Shown here: one piece after another, positions 29,635 to 41,349 of the stretch | How the letters are laid out: each line of letters begins with the position of its first letter | Position numbering within the stretch: the stretch's first letter is position 1 | NCBI GenBank assembly: GCA_951406725.2 | Contig: OX597817.1 | Coordinates: 138,384,001 to 138,448,000, forward strand | From: Octopus vulgaris | Taxonomy: Eukaryota | Direction of reading: 5' to 3' | Length of the DNA stretch: 64,000 nt | The notes under the pieces: model-generated | What the model was told of the DNA's origin: nothing | The model's input: the letters and a program-made list of their open reading frames with translations, nothing else | The model's database searches: none | Position numbers and translations under genes: made by a program

Positions 29635-29688
<54 letters not shown>

Positions 29689-29733
29689 ACACACACACAT
29701 ACACACACACACGCATACACATATATATACATA

Positions 29734-30006
29734 CAGGGGTTGGACAAAATAATGGAAACACCTTAAAATTTCAAACAAATTTATCTTAATATGGTGTAGG
29801 ACCGTCTTGAAATACAGCTTGAATTCTACGAGGTATGGACTCGTACAAAGTTTGAATTGTTTCCAAAGGGATTTTTGTCAATTCTTCAGCTAAAACAGTC
29901 TCCAGTTCTTGTAGTGATGATGGTAGAAGACATCGACTGCTTGTTTTTCTAAAATGCACTATAAATGTTCAATAATATTGAGATCTGGGAACTGTCGATG
30001 GCCAGA
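29734..30006 (-). mobile_element. Tc1 transposon 3' end with TIR
   Basis: WP..(S)PDLNIIEHL..LQELETVLAEE.TKIPLETIQTLYESIPRRIQAV..GPTPY*; terminus TA|CAGGGGTTGGACAAAATAATGGAAACACC. Confidence 0.85.
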
Positions 30007-30044
30007 TAAGATATTTGTTTAACGCTCGGGAAAAATTGAAAAGT

Positions 30045-30080
30045 TTTTTACGTTTCGAGCCTATGTTCTTCGGCAGAAAG
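30045..30080 (-). ncRNA. Variant hammerhead motif, family B (A6C core)
   Basis: Minus strand: CTTT-CTGCCGA-A-GAaC atag GCTC-GAAACGTA-AAAA; one mismatch in stem II. Confidence 0.5.
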
Positions 30081-30127
30081 GAATAAGAGAAAATAAACAG
30101 AGAGAGAAAGAGAGAGAGAGAGAGTGT

Positions 30128-30186
<59 letters not shown>

Positions 30187-30461
30187 TTGAAAAACAAACA
30201 AACAAACAACCAAACTTGTAGATTTAGCGGTCAAGCAAGGCGAATGTATATATGTAGGTGGTTTCCTATTCCTGAAAAAGTCTGGAAGTCACGTGCCCTG
30301 ACCCCATTACCAGTTTTTAAGTATAAAGGGGATTTTTAAAAAATCTTTAAAAAAAATATTTATAGTCTTTTATCAGGATGTTACTAAACTTTTTTGGAAA
30401 AAGTTTTTTCTTAGTGTGTGAGCACTTTCGATTAACCTTTTCAAACACATGTGCTCTTAGT

Positions 30462-30517
<56 letters not shown>

Positions 30518-30621
30518 ATATATACACACACACAGACACACACACACACACACATATATATATACATTACAGCCAACAATTCTAGTCAAAGCACAAGACA
30601 GCCAATCCACGTATATATATA

Positions 30622-30900
30622 TATACGAATCTAGTCAACACACAAGACAGCTATTATGCACCGCCACCCCCCAAAAAAAAACACCACGTGGACTCTGATG
30701 AGACTAGTAAGAAACAATTATGAACTTTTTTATAACACTTAACTTTTAAAAATATTTTTGATAAGGTTCGTTTTTTCAAGAAGAACCGAAACATAAAATC
30801 TCTCAGAAAATTCAAATTTATCTTATATGGTGGCGTTTTCAGACTTCTTTTTAATAAACATATACCCACTCGTATGCCACCTACACTTTTTATAAATACA
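30622..30900 (+). mobile_element. Penelope-like repeat fragment, family C (paralog of 46710-46965)
   Basis: About 260 bp shared with 46710-46965; HHR motif at 30754-30799 with stem III mutated (ACAT). Confidence 0.65.
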
Positions 30901-30983
30901 TACATACATACATACATACATACATACATACATACATACATACATACAACTTTTTATAAATACATACATACATACATACATAC

Positions 30984-32522
30984 AACAAGGGTCACGGCCC
31001 TGACGGCATACACCCACGGGTTATCAAAGCGTTGGCTCGGGTCATCTGCGAGCCCTTAACACGACTATTCAATATGTCATTGGCGACGGGTGTTATACCT
31101 GCAGACTGGAGAACAGCGATAATCTGCCCAATTTTCAAGAAAGGGAGCCGCGAAGACCCGCTTAACTACCGACCGGTTTCCCTTACATCAATAATCAGCA
31201 AGATGTTCGAAACCATCCTTAAGAAAAGTATGATGCTCCACCTCCTAAACACAGCCTCGATCACTGATTCCCAACACGGCTTCGTGCCGAAGAGATCATG
31301 CTTGACCAACTTACTAGTAATGGAAGAATTGGTGACGCGCATCCTCGATGATAGTGATGCTGTTGACATCGTTTTATTGGACTTTGCCAAAGCTTTTGAC
31401 TCGGTAAACCACCGCCTACTACTTGTCAAGCTTCAAGCATATAGTTTCCATCCGGATATTGTACGATGGGTTGGTGCCTTCCTCTCAGATCGCTCCTTCC
31501 AAGTTCAAGTTAATGGTTCGCGGTCCGACGTCTCCAGTGCGAGCAGTGGCGTGCCTCAAGGTTCAGTGCTTGGGCCCTTGTTGTTCTTAGTCTTCATAAA
31601 TGACTTGCCCGACGACCTCACGCAACACACCCTTCTATTTGCCGACGATATCAAACTGGTCGCTCCTCGCGGTAGTATAGAGGATCTTCGTCGATGCCTC
31701 CACCAAATTTGGAAGTGGTCTAACGATTGGGACCTGTGTCTGAACGTGTCAAAGTGCTGTCATCTGCCTGTCGGCTCTACTCCTGCAACTCAACTTGATT
31801 TCGAGCCGGGTCGTCTGCTGCTGGAGAGAACCGATCAGGTAAAGGACCTGGGTATCTTGGTGGATTCCTCCTTTTCGCCTTCGGCCCAGTGCGTCCATGC
31901 TGCCAACAAAGCGCGCGGAATTCTGTTTTTGATTCGACGGTCATTCGGAATGCTCACAGCAGCCATATTCCTGCCACTCTATGTCGCGCTGGTGAGACCC
32001 ATATTGGAGTATGGGATTCAAGCCTCTTCTCCTTATCTCCTCAAAGACATACAGCACCTCGAAAGAGTCCAGAGGCTGGCTACCCGCATGGTTCATGGTC
32101 TCAAAAATTTGTCCTACGAAGAAAGGCTGAGGACGCTCGACCTTTATTCTCTTGAAAAACGCCGCCGCCGTGGTGATCTCATTCTCGCCCACAACATCAT
32201 AAGCGGGAAGTGTAACCTCTCGAAAGAGCTGTTCTTCACTCCTGCTCCGGAGCGTCGGCTGCGGGGTCATTCCGAAAAGCTCTACCTGCGACGATTTCAT
32301 CTCAATCGAAGGAGAGGAGCTTTCTCCGTCCGGGTTGCGGATCCGTGGAACAAGCTGCCAGACGAGATGGTGAAGATGCCGACGACCGCTTTGTTCAAAG
32401 CCTCCCTGGACCTCAAGTGGCCTGAACTCTTTACATGAACACCACCCTGTACTTAACTCCATGTCCCCCTACATGGCCTTGCTATTTGCTTTTGAGCCAA
32501 ATTAACTAACTAACTAACTAAC
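30984..32522 (+). mobile_element. Young 5'-truncated CR1-clade LINE with (CTAA)n tail, inserted in (TACA)n
   Basis: Open frame from GPDGIHPRV to the stop at 32438, short 3' UTR, AACTAACTAACTAACTAA tail; much more GC-rich than its flanks. Confidence 0.93.
31032..32438 (+). CDS. CR1-type ORF2 reverse transcriptase (N-truncated, no endonuclease; the frame extends upstream to about 30984)
   Basis: NYRPVSLTS, QHGF, LDFAKAFD, GVPQGSVLGP, FADD, KDLG, LVRPILEY, LERVQR, LRGH, FSVRV..WNKLP; 468 aa without stops. Confidence 0.92.
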   Translation: MARVICEPLTRLFNMSLATGVIPADWRTAIICPIFKKGSREDPLNYRPVSLTSIISKMFETILKKSMMLHLLNTASITDSQHGFVPKRSCLTNLLVMEELVTRILDDSDAVDIVLLDFAKAFDSVNHRLLLVKLQAYSFHPDIVRWVGAFLSDRSFQVQVNGSRSDVSSASSGVPQGSVLGPLLFLVFINDLPDDLTQHTLLFADDIKLVAPRGSIEDLRRCLHQIWKWSNDWDLCLNVSKCCHLPVGSTPATQLDFEPGRLLLERTDQVKDLGILVDSSFSPSAQCVHAANKARGILFLIRRSFGMLTAAIFLPLYVALVRPILEYGIQASSPYLLKDIQHLERVQRLATRMVHGLKNLSYEERLRTLDLYSLEKRRRRGDLILAHNIISGKCNLSKELFFTPAPERRLRGHSEKLYLRRFHLNRRRGAFSVRVADPWNKLPDEMVKMPTTALFKASLDLKWPELFT

Positions 32523-32526
32523 ATAC

Positions 32527-32584
<58 letters not shown>

Positions 32585-32786
32585 CAAATAAGAAAATGGA
32601 GGAGTACAATAGGTGGTTCATTAACTTTAGGACATTAAATGTTAACTTATTTATTTATTAAACTGATAATTATATTAACATACATATAGCACATTATTCT
32701 TTACATTTAAGATACAAGATATAAAATATAGCAATATATAAGGATACCAGTAATTATTACAAAAAACATAAATATAAATTGGTAAA

Positions 32787-32905
32787 ATAACTTACAGCTG
32801 TTTCAGCCAATAGATAAAACTATCTCATTCTACCTTTATTACTCAAGTGGATTGAGGTAATAGGTAGATGAACTTGTATATATCTCTAGGTTTCGTCAGA
32901 GATAT
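32787..32905 (-). ncRNA. Type I hammerhead ribozyme with long branched stem II, family D
   Basis: Minus strand: ATATCT-CTGACGA-AaCC..[hairpin TCATCTACCT-ATTAC-CTCAA tccac TTGAG-TAAT-AGGTAGA-TGA]..GGCT-GAAACAGCTGTA-AGTTAT; palindromic stem III ACAGCTGT. Confidence 0.65.
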
Positions 32906-32959
32906 ATACATAGATATATGTATACATACAGCTTAAGGATCTACCTTAAGATAAATAGA

Positions 32960-33180
32960 GACTACCTTAAGGTGACCCGTTCTACGCGCGGGTGAGGGTG
33001 TGGTTGTTACTTTCTGATATTTCCTTTCTGTTTCTTATCGCCACATTCTCTCTCTTTGTTTCTCTCTCCTTTCTCTCTCACTTTCCCACTCTCTTACTCT
33101 TCCTTTCTGTCGGACTCACCCTCGCTTTCAATTGATCTCTACCTTTCTCTATCTATCTCTCCCCCATATATAAAAAATTA
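32960..33180 (-). mobile_element. Helitron 3' end fragment (SINE-free version of the 42-46 kb family)
   Basis: AGGTGACCCGTTCTACGCGCGGGT and the downstream pyrimidine tract are shared with 42291+ and 44292+, without the about 310-bp SINE insert. Confidence 0.7.
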
Positions 33181-33344
33181 GATTTCTACGCTTAAAATAC
33201 TAATCCGCTTTCACTTTACCATGTTGAAAATTAGATTGAAATGGGGCAAAAGGTGTCCAATCTTAAAATAACTTAGTGGTTTGCCAAACGTGATCGATAA
33301 AATAATCTAGCGGTTCGCCAAGGGAAACGCTATCGGCATAAACC

Positions 33345-33890
33345 TAAAAAAGGTTTAAAGACAGCATAAGGACTACCATGAAGTCACTTGGAATGGTTCC
33401 AGAAGATATAGAAACCCTTGCTTGAGATTGAATTGGATGGCGAACAAAGGTGTGGAGTGGAGTGAAAGTATTTGAAGAGGCCAGGATAACGCATGCAAGA
33501 CTCAAAAGAGATCTAAAGAAGAATGTTACAATCAAGAAGGTGAACAACAATGACCTTTTTGTGTGAACTGTCTGTGACAGATCATGCCTGGCTTTTGCTG
33601 GGCTCAAATCTCATCGCATGGAAAACGAATCTCCACCAACTATTCTGCCTCTATGTCTGTGCACACATTTGAATGCAGTGTATGCCAGAAGGTTTGCAAA
33701 TCCAACGGAGGCCTCAAAAGACATTTATAAGATCCACAAAGATCAGAATTTACCTGCAGCTCTTGGTGGTCCAAATCGGAAGTGCAATCTATGTGGGTGT
33801 CTTTTCAGAACATTTGTTTGGTTTAAAAAGCTACATCAGATGCCATGATGGAGCTAAGGTGTAGGTACAGGAGGGGGTCAAACACTGCAT
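33345..33890 (+). mobile_element. RTE LINE 3' end (degenerate), C2H2 zinc fingers
   Basis: KRFKDSIRTTMK..ETLA.D..GWR..GVKVFE..VCDRSC..AGLKSH..FECSVCQKVCKSNGGLKRHL. Confidence 0.8.
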
Positions 33891-35234
33891 AAGGATGTAT
33901 GTATGTATGTATGTATGTATGTATGTATGTATGTATGTATGTATGTATGTATGTATGTATGTGTGTGTGTGTATGTATGTATGTATGAATGTATGTATGT
34001 ATGTTTGTATGTATGTTTGTATGTATGTATGTTTGTATGTATGTATGTATGTATATGCATGTACGTTTGTATGTATACATGTATATATTTCTGCTGCTTT
34101 TAAATAAAGTATATATATATATATAAAATATGAATTAGAGATAAAACCACTATTATGCAACTCAAACAGTGATAGACATAAACCAATACATAAATAACAA
34201 ATAATATATGTATAATTAATATAATATATATATATATCTTTTTTTTCAAAAAGTATATAAAGAATGATAAATATAATATAATAAGTAATAAGTAATATAT
34301 AATATACACACACACACATATATATATATATAAAGTACAACTATTTTTCCATGACAACAACTAAGTTTTTATGTGTGTTTTGGGTTTAATTTTCACCGCA
34401 GCCAACAAACTAAATCGAAACGACATAAAATGGTCGATTCCATCTGCTACACCCTCCACTCCCTCTTTCTGCACACCTGTGGCCAGGTGCTAATGTATGT
34501 CGTATTTCTAGGAAACGTGACAAGTTACCGAAAATAGAAGTCCACGTGTTCTTTACAGTAAACTTTCACCGACAAAGTGATAAGCAGTTTTCTGTGATTT
34601 CACCGTTTTTTGTAAGAAAGATAAAAGTCTGGGGGGTGGGGTTGCTCTTCTCTTCCCACAAGAAAACAAAACATAAACTACTACCACCACCACCACCACC
34701 ACCACAACCACCACCACCACTGACGACGACGACGACGACAACAGCGTATATCAAAATGAGCCAAGTTCCCAAATCGGCTTCAATTCCCGTTTGGAACCAT
34801 TGTGCTTCATTTCCACCATTAATGGTTTTTTGGTGAAAGGGAGGAACAGGAAACTTTTTGCGTTTCTCCCTTTCCGTAAACTTTCCAAATTTAATGCTTC
34901 ACTAATTACTCATCATTACTGTTATGTAACAATATTCAAATTAGAATTTAACGTCGGAGAAAATAATTGTTTCTCATTTTCCTTCATTTCAACTGCAGAA
35001 AATGTTGGCCCATTTCAAAAGTTGGCACCATATCAAAGGAAGTCTGCTGACTTGTTCCCTTATCCATGCATTGTTAACTTTATTTATTATCAAATTACAA
35101 CACTTTTTTTTTTTTTACCATTTTCTTTTCCTGAGAAACAAAATCGTTCCGTTTAGTTTTTGGCCAGTGGTTTCTTCCAAAGCAGAATATATTTACTTCC
35201 CACCATTTCTACCATCTTTACTCTAGCGCTACCT

Positions 35235-35565
35235 CACCACCACCACCACCACCACCACCACACCACACCACCACAACCACCTCACCACAAGCACCACCAC
35301 CACACCACCTCACCTCCACCACCACACCACCTCACCACCACCACCACCACCACCTCACCACCACCACCACACAACCTCACCACCACCACCACCACCACAA
35401 CCACCACCACCACCACAACCACCACCACCACCACCACCACCACCACCACCACCACCACCACCACCACCACCACCACCACCACCACCACACCACCACAACC
35501 ACCACCACTACCAACCTTACTACCACCACCACCACCACCACCATTACCACCACCACTACCACCAC
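35235..35565. repeat. (CAC)n microsatellite
   Basis: Directly visible. Confidence 0.95.
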
Positions 35566-35585
35566 GTGTGCGTGTGTGTGTATGT

Positions 35586-35632
<47 letters not shown>

Positions 35633-35918
35633 TTCTCTCCTCTGCGTCGGTGAATGAATGTAGAGCCGCGTGATTAATTAAATGCGCCCTCCCCCACCAC
35701 AACCACCAGAAACTGATGAATGAAACCTTCTATTCTGCCCGAGATATTCTTAGAATCAAAACATTGTGCCCCTGTTTGGTGTCCAGCAGAGAATCCTCTA
35801 CAATTTGCCACGTGACAAACTGATGTCCCCTAATTTCATTATCATTTTTCCACGTGGTTTCACTTTTACATCTCCCTCTCTCTCTTTCTATCCCCCTTCC
35901 ACCCTCTTTCTTCCTCCC

Positions 35919-35957
<39 letters not shown>

Positions 35958-36076
35958 CCTCTGTTTGTTTGTTTGTTTCTTTCAAACAAAATAGACCAAA
36001 TTATACAGTTCTATATTTAAGAGATGAAGAATTATGTACTTTATGACGGATATTTGTCCTCAACATGTTCGTTGTT

Positions 36077-36122
36077 AACACAACGTTTCGGCTGATATAC
36101 CCTCCAGCCTTCATCAGGTGTC
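36077..36122 (-). ncRNA. Minimal type I hammerhead ribozyme, family E
   Basis: Minus strand: GACAC-CTGATGA-A-GGCTG gagggtatat CAGCC-GAAACGTT-GTGTT; stem I 5 bp, stem II 5 bp, loop-less ACGT stem III. Confidence 0.8.
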
Positions 36123-36140
36123 TTGGGGGAAATTTCGAAT

Positions 36141-36181
36141 CTGATGAAGGCTGGAGGGTATATCAGCCGAAACGTTGTGTT
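36141..36181 (+). ncRNA. Hammerhead core, family E, lacking the 5' strand of stem I
   Basis: CTGATGA-A-GGCTG..CAGCC-GAAACGTT-GTGTT, preceded by non-complementary TCGAAT. Confidence 0.65.
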
Positions 36182-36850
36182 AACAATGAACAAGATGAGG
36201 ACAAATATCCGTCAAATGTAAATAATGTAAATAATAGACCATATTATATTTCCCCTATTCACTTCGGTCCTGTTCTGATGACATTACAACGAAAGACGCC
36301 CTAAAAACAATCTCAATTCTATGAAATCTGCTGCAAGTTTAACACCGCCCTGCCAACTGCACTTGCTCAATAAATTAAACCAATTCACTGTCCTCTATGA
36401 AACCCAAGTTGGGAAGGGATGGACTCGAGAAGACACGATGGACATCCTTGGGGAGTAGACCCCACTTGAGAGAATGGACAACCCTTAAGAATGGACTCAA
36501 CTGATTGACCCGAAATAAATTGTCTACATGATTAACAGTAGCCACAAAGGAACTTCTACGTGCTGATTTGAAATACTAGAAATAGCAGCCAAAACCCTTT
36601 GAAATTACTCTCTACCTAATCTTGTTTTATAAAAGATGGTGACATTGAACAACGCTGTCCTCGGTGAATTTCTATCTAAAAATGGATCTAATTTGCTTGA
36701 AAAAGACAGAAAAAGATGGCTTTGACATTGTTGAAGGTCTTTCGCTCATAGATTGGTTCGATAAAAACTCGCGCCGAAACAATCACCACATCACAAAATC
36801 TACGACTGGGCGAATACAGTCTTTACAGATTGAACACGTATTTACATTGG

Positions 36851-37195
36851 TGTAACACGCGGGTTTGTCGTGTCTTCTCAATGATCTTTAAAGATGATAG
36901 AAGCTGACAGAAATGTATTAGACGCTCTCTCTGGAGATATTCATTAAGATAATTCTGAAGATAAGAATCTCATTCTTCACGTTGACACCAATATATCCCT
37001 TACTTACGTTGACACCAATATATCCCTTACTTACCAATGTAAGTAAGGGAGATATTGGTGTCAACGGGAAGAATGAGATTCTTATCTTCAGAATTATCTT
37101 AATGAATATCTCCAGAGAGAGCGTCTAACATATTTCTGTCAGCTTCTATCATCTTCAAAGATCATTGAGATGACACGACAAACCCGCGTGTTACA
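36851..37195. repeat. Long near-perfect hairpin: 157-bp arms, 4-nt loop, 27-bp duplication in the left arm
   Basis: 36851-37034 versus 37039-37195 are reverse complements (about six mismatches); GTTGACACCAATATATCCCTTACTTAC occurs at 36981-37007 and 37008-37034; loop CAAT. Confidence 0.95.
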
Positions 37196-37295
37196 TTAAT
37201 GCCAGACAAATGGTGCTCAGCTGACCAAAATTCCCCAGCATGCATTTCACCATCACTCGCTGTCCTTCTGCGAGGCTATGGGTATGTTCCTCTTT

Positions 37296-37528
37296 AAGGT
37301 GGCGAGCTGGCAGAAACGTTTGCACGCCGGGCGAAATGCGTAGCCGTATTTCGTCTGCCGTTACGTTCTGGGTTCAAATTCCGCCGAGGTCGACTTTGCC
37401 TTTCATCCTTTCGAGGTCGATAAATTAAGTACCAGTTATGCACTGGGGTCGAAATAATCGACTTAATCCGTTTGTCTGTCCTTGTTTGTCCCCTCTATGT
37501 TTAGCCCCTTGTGGGTAGTACAGAAATA
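37296..37528 (+). mobile_element. SINE family 1
   Basis: GGTGGCGAGCTGGCAGAAACG..GGGTTCAAATTCC..AAAT end; degenerate TSD TATGGGTRTGTTCCT. Confidence 0.88.
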
Positions 37529-40500
37529 TATGGGTGTGTTCCTTTCTCTATACACACTTTTATTAGTTTCCATGTGTATGTATGGTCTGCGTACTCTGTA
37601 TAAACGTATTTGGGAGTATGTGAGTGTGTGAGTTCGTGGGTACGTATGTGAGTGAGTATGTATGCAAGTGATTGTGTGTGTGTGCGTGTGTGCATGCGCG
37701 CGCGCTTGTGTATGTGTGTGTGTGTATTCAGTGGTTAATGTGCTTTAGGGTTTAATGTTGTGTGTTACTGTACTAATGTATGCACATTCCCGGAGGGTCG
37801 TTTGATAAGAAATCTGGTTATATATGGGTATGTGTGTGTGTGTATGTGTGTATTTATCATCATCATCATCATCATCATCGTTAGTGATTGGTCATTTATC
37901 GACGATGACCGTCCGTATGGAATGCTGCAAGTCGCGAATATCAGAAGAAAATTAATTCCCCTTCCACTCGTATCTGCTCTCAGCCACTGCGACCCACCTT
38001 CGATTACCAATATTCAATATCTGCTCTCCTCACATTAGTTAAAACACATCTTTGCCACCAGACAACAGGAAGAAAAAATACTGACAACCGAGTTTTCTCC
38101 AAACTTTAGACATTCCCAAGACAACGGAAGTCTCTCTGTCCCAGCAACTCTTCCATGGTAGGGAGCTTGGATGTTTCTAGAAGGATGGTGCCCTTGAATC
38201 TGTCTCTGTGATGTTTTTATTTACCTGTTTGCGGGATAAGGCCCATATCCCCGATCCATTCAAAATAGTTGACAACATTATTATTTCTGCATGCAGAGCA
38301 CTTGAATGGAACCATAAACTTCTTACTGTTGTACTGTAGCTCTCAACCTCCCAGCCGCGCGGATGGCATTGCTCATCTTTTAGCTTAGTCCGTTACCAAA
38401 CTTACCATTATTACTGATTGTACAACCCAGATTGGTAAAGAGGTTTCCCTTTACACCTTATCCCTTTCAATAAAAGTAGGCACAGGTTGTCTCATTGGGA
38501 CAGGTTTAACACTTGCCTGCTAAAGAATTGTAGTTTTTCTAGATGTTAAGTTTCAAGTCAAACTTTGCGGATGTTTCATAAAAAGGCATTTACCAAGCTC
38601 GGTACGTCCTCTGTCTCTGAGACAAGGACAAAACCATCAGAAAACCACAATCTCTCATTGTCGTAAGTGTGGGCTGGCTTTTAGTTTTTTGGTTGCAACC
38701 CTTAAACAGATGAGCATCAAGTTTTGTCTCTATGTAACACAGCTTCAGTTGAGTACTTACTTACTTGTACATGTGGCGACATTCACCCTGGGCGAGTTGA
38801 GTCGGCTTCTTCTACCATCCTCGAGGTATTTCGAACCATGGCAGCCCACGCACGACGGTCCTGCACCAGTTCACTGGAGATAGCGAGCCAGTCACGGTTC
38901 CATCGGCGCAGGCCGACCACCTACGGACCCGTGAGCTTCAGTTGAGTCGGGAAGTACGTCCCCGAGCATCGCAGATATGCAGGGTGAATAAGGTTAGCAC
39001 TGGCAGACAGCTCTATTAGACACCTTCTGTAACATCAAAGAATTTAGAATTGCAAATCATCGACATGGACTGAGACATTTGCCAGTGTGTAAGGGGAATC
39101 TGCTCTACGAATGAACCGTAACAGACACCTAAACCTATTGACAACCTGTCTCAGGCCCAACTAAATACATTGGGTGAAATACGAGAAATTAATAAAGACT
39201 ATACAATAGGTTTTTTTGTTCCACACACAGCTCACATGGGTCTGTCGGAGACAAAGTACAACCATATGTATGGCACTTCTTTCTATTCTCAACTCACTTT
39301 GAGCCTTTTCCCATTCGTTCCTTTCGTCAATACACTTTTCCAAAGCATAACGAGTAGAAAAATGTCTCTCCGTTATTGCTGTTGCGCAGTTTTGATTAGT
39401 CTCTGTTGGCTACCTCCTATGATCAAAGACATTCAGTTGTGACCATCCCCATACAATGCATATCTTTATCACACATATCATGTAGAAGAGGATATAATGT
39501 GATTTGAGGGAAATTAAGTTGCTATTTTCAGAAAACCGAGCGACCATGTAGAGACTCCCTCGCTGGTTCGTTGATACAAATTAATAATTACTGTTCCAGT
39601 TACCGAATAAATGTAACTTTATCCATGGAGAAAGAAAGATTCAGTAGAGCTCTAAGGAATGGACTTCAAGCCGTAAACTTCCCATACTTTTTTCACACGT
39701 AGTGTATCCCAAACTCCATTATCCAATGCACCCTGCTATTTATTCAGACACTAAGATGTTGTTTGAGATATTTTGGCTACGCTTTCTAGCATGCCGCCTG
39801 ATTACGTATGAGACGTGCTATTTTATTAAATGACACATTCTCGAGATGACGGAGTAAAAAAAGAAAATCACAAACATTTACGTATGTGCACGTGGCATAA
39901 CGACATGTAGCACATTTCGCTCGGCGTTGTTTGTTACAAACAACGTTTTAAGATTTATGATTCGCCAATTCACGGGTGACTTGGCTGAGAGAGAAAAAAT
40001 GTCTTGTATGGGAAACTTTGAGTGATAAAAGTTTAATGCCTCGGGAATTCGGGGTGATAATTCGGTTGAGATTGGTAAGATAATTTAAAAATTTTATGAT
40101 CGTGACTATTTTATTTGTTAAATAAAGGGAATTACAAGAAAATCTAGTTTGTCTTCACGATTTCAAGGGAAATTAACTTCCTTTGCAGTCATCACTTACG
40201 TTATCAAAAAGTTTCTTATTTATTTTCCGCGTAAAGCTTCGTCTCTGCCCACCCTAACATGATGTAAAGCAACCAGGATATATTCCTTTGATACACTCGC
40301 TTTTATGATATTTTTAGAATAGCAAAATTACCACAAGCATAAATAACCCGATCTCAAAAGTGTTTTACAGTTTAACTAGGAAACACAAAGCGATGGTACG
40401 TGCAGGAATACCTACGTGACTAAGAGGTTCATATTGCGACCAAGTCATTCTTGGATCGATTCCACTGCACAGTATCTTGGGCAAGTTTTTTTTTTCTTCA

Positions 40501-40704
40501 ATAGCTCTGAGTCGACCGAAATATTCGACTTTTCTATCGAAAGGGTTTTTAACCAATATTTACACGCAATTATTTATAGCTTAAGAGCTTTACCAGCTTC
40601 GATATCCACTGATCCCCCCCCCCCCCCCAAGCAGAATTGCAAGTGTATACACACACACACATGCACACTTCTAATTTAGGTAGAATTTCAGAAGTTTTAA
40701 GAGT

Positions 40705-40860
40705 AGAGGGAAAGTCGATTATATCGACACAGTATTCGGTTAGAATTTTATCGATTCCGAAAGGATGTAAGGCAAAGTTGGCTTCGAGTGAATTTGAACT
40801 CAGAAATTAGTGAACCAAATTAAATACTACATGGTATTTCTACCGACGCGCTAACGATAC
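40705..40860 (-). mobile_element. Degenerate SINE family 1
   Basis: AAGTCGATTATATCGAC..GAAAGGATG.AAGGCAAAGT..GAATTTGAACTCAGAA. Confidence 0.7.
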
Positions 40861-41349
40861 TTTTTGTAAACCATAGTATTTCTCTCAATATTCGCGACAC
40901 AAGACACTTCGATAATCGACTGCGTGAAACTCTGAGTAGCAGTTTGGGAAGACGTTCCAGCTTCAACAACGTACATCATTTTTCAAACACAGCCTACTTC
41001 AAAGCTAGGCGAAACAAAATCGTCCGGGAAAAGAAAGAGGGGACAGATACCGCGCATACATTTAGTTTGTGATATTCACGATGCTTTCGTTATTAAGTTT
41101 CTTCAAGTACAAGATTTAAATTTCGTTTTTTTTCGTTCAGCGCCTTCGCACATCAGTAAACAATTCTTACGTCATTTGTCAAGGGTTTCAGATGAACCTA
41201 CCTCTAGGCAAGAAACACAGATGAGGGTAGCAACGTCAAACTCCCCCATCCACCAAATGTCACATATCTGAGGAAGTTTAGTGAAAGTGTAGCAAAGTAA
41301 ACGGCGGTGCCCCAGCATGAACGCGGCTACCTCTTCTAAAATTCACTTG

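Larger units (their letters stand above)
36047..36214. mobile_element. Fold-back (inverted pseudo-LTR) Penelope-like fragment, family E
   Basis: Arms of about 70 bp at 36047-36117 and 36141-36214 are reverse complements around a 23-bp spacer; each carries an HHR core. Confidence 0.85.

Noticed and set aside
30625-30715. Type II hammerhead using CTAGTC/GACTAG as stem II
   Set aside because: The complementarity exists in both copies, but no GAAA follows CTAGTC.
35713-35728. CTGATGAATGAAAC hammerhead core
   Set aside because: Only 2 nt between the core halves; no stem II.
36276-36300. Hammerhead CTGATGA..GAAA
   Set aside because: The intervening CATTACAAC does not form stem II, and there is no stem I or III support.
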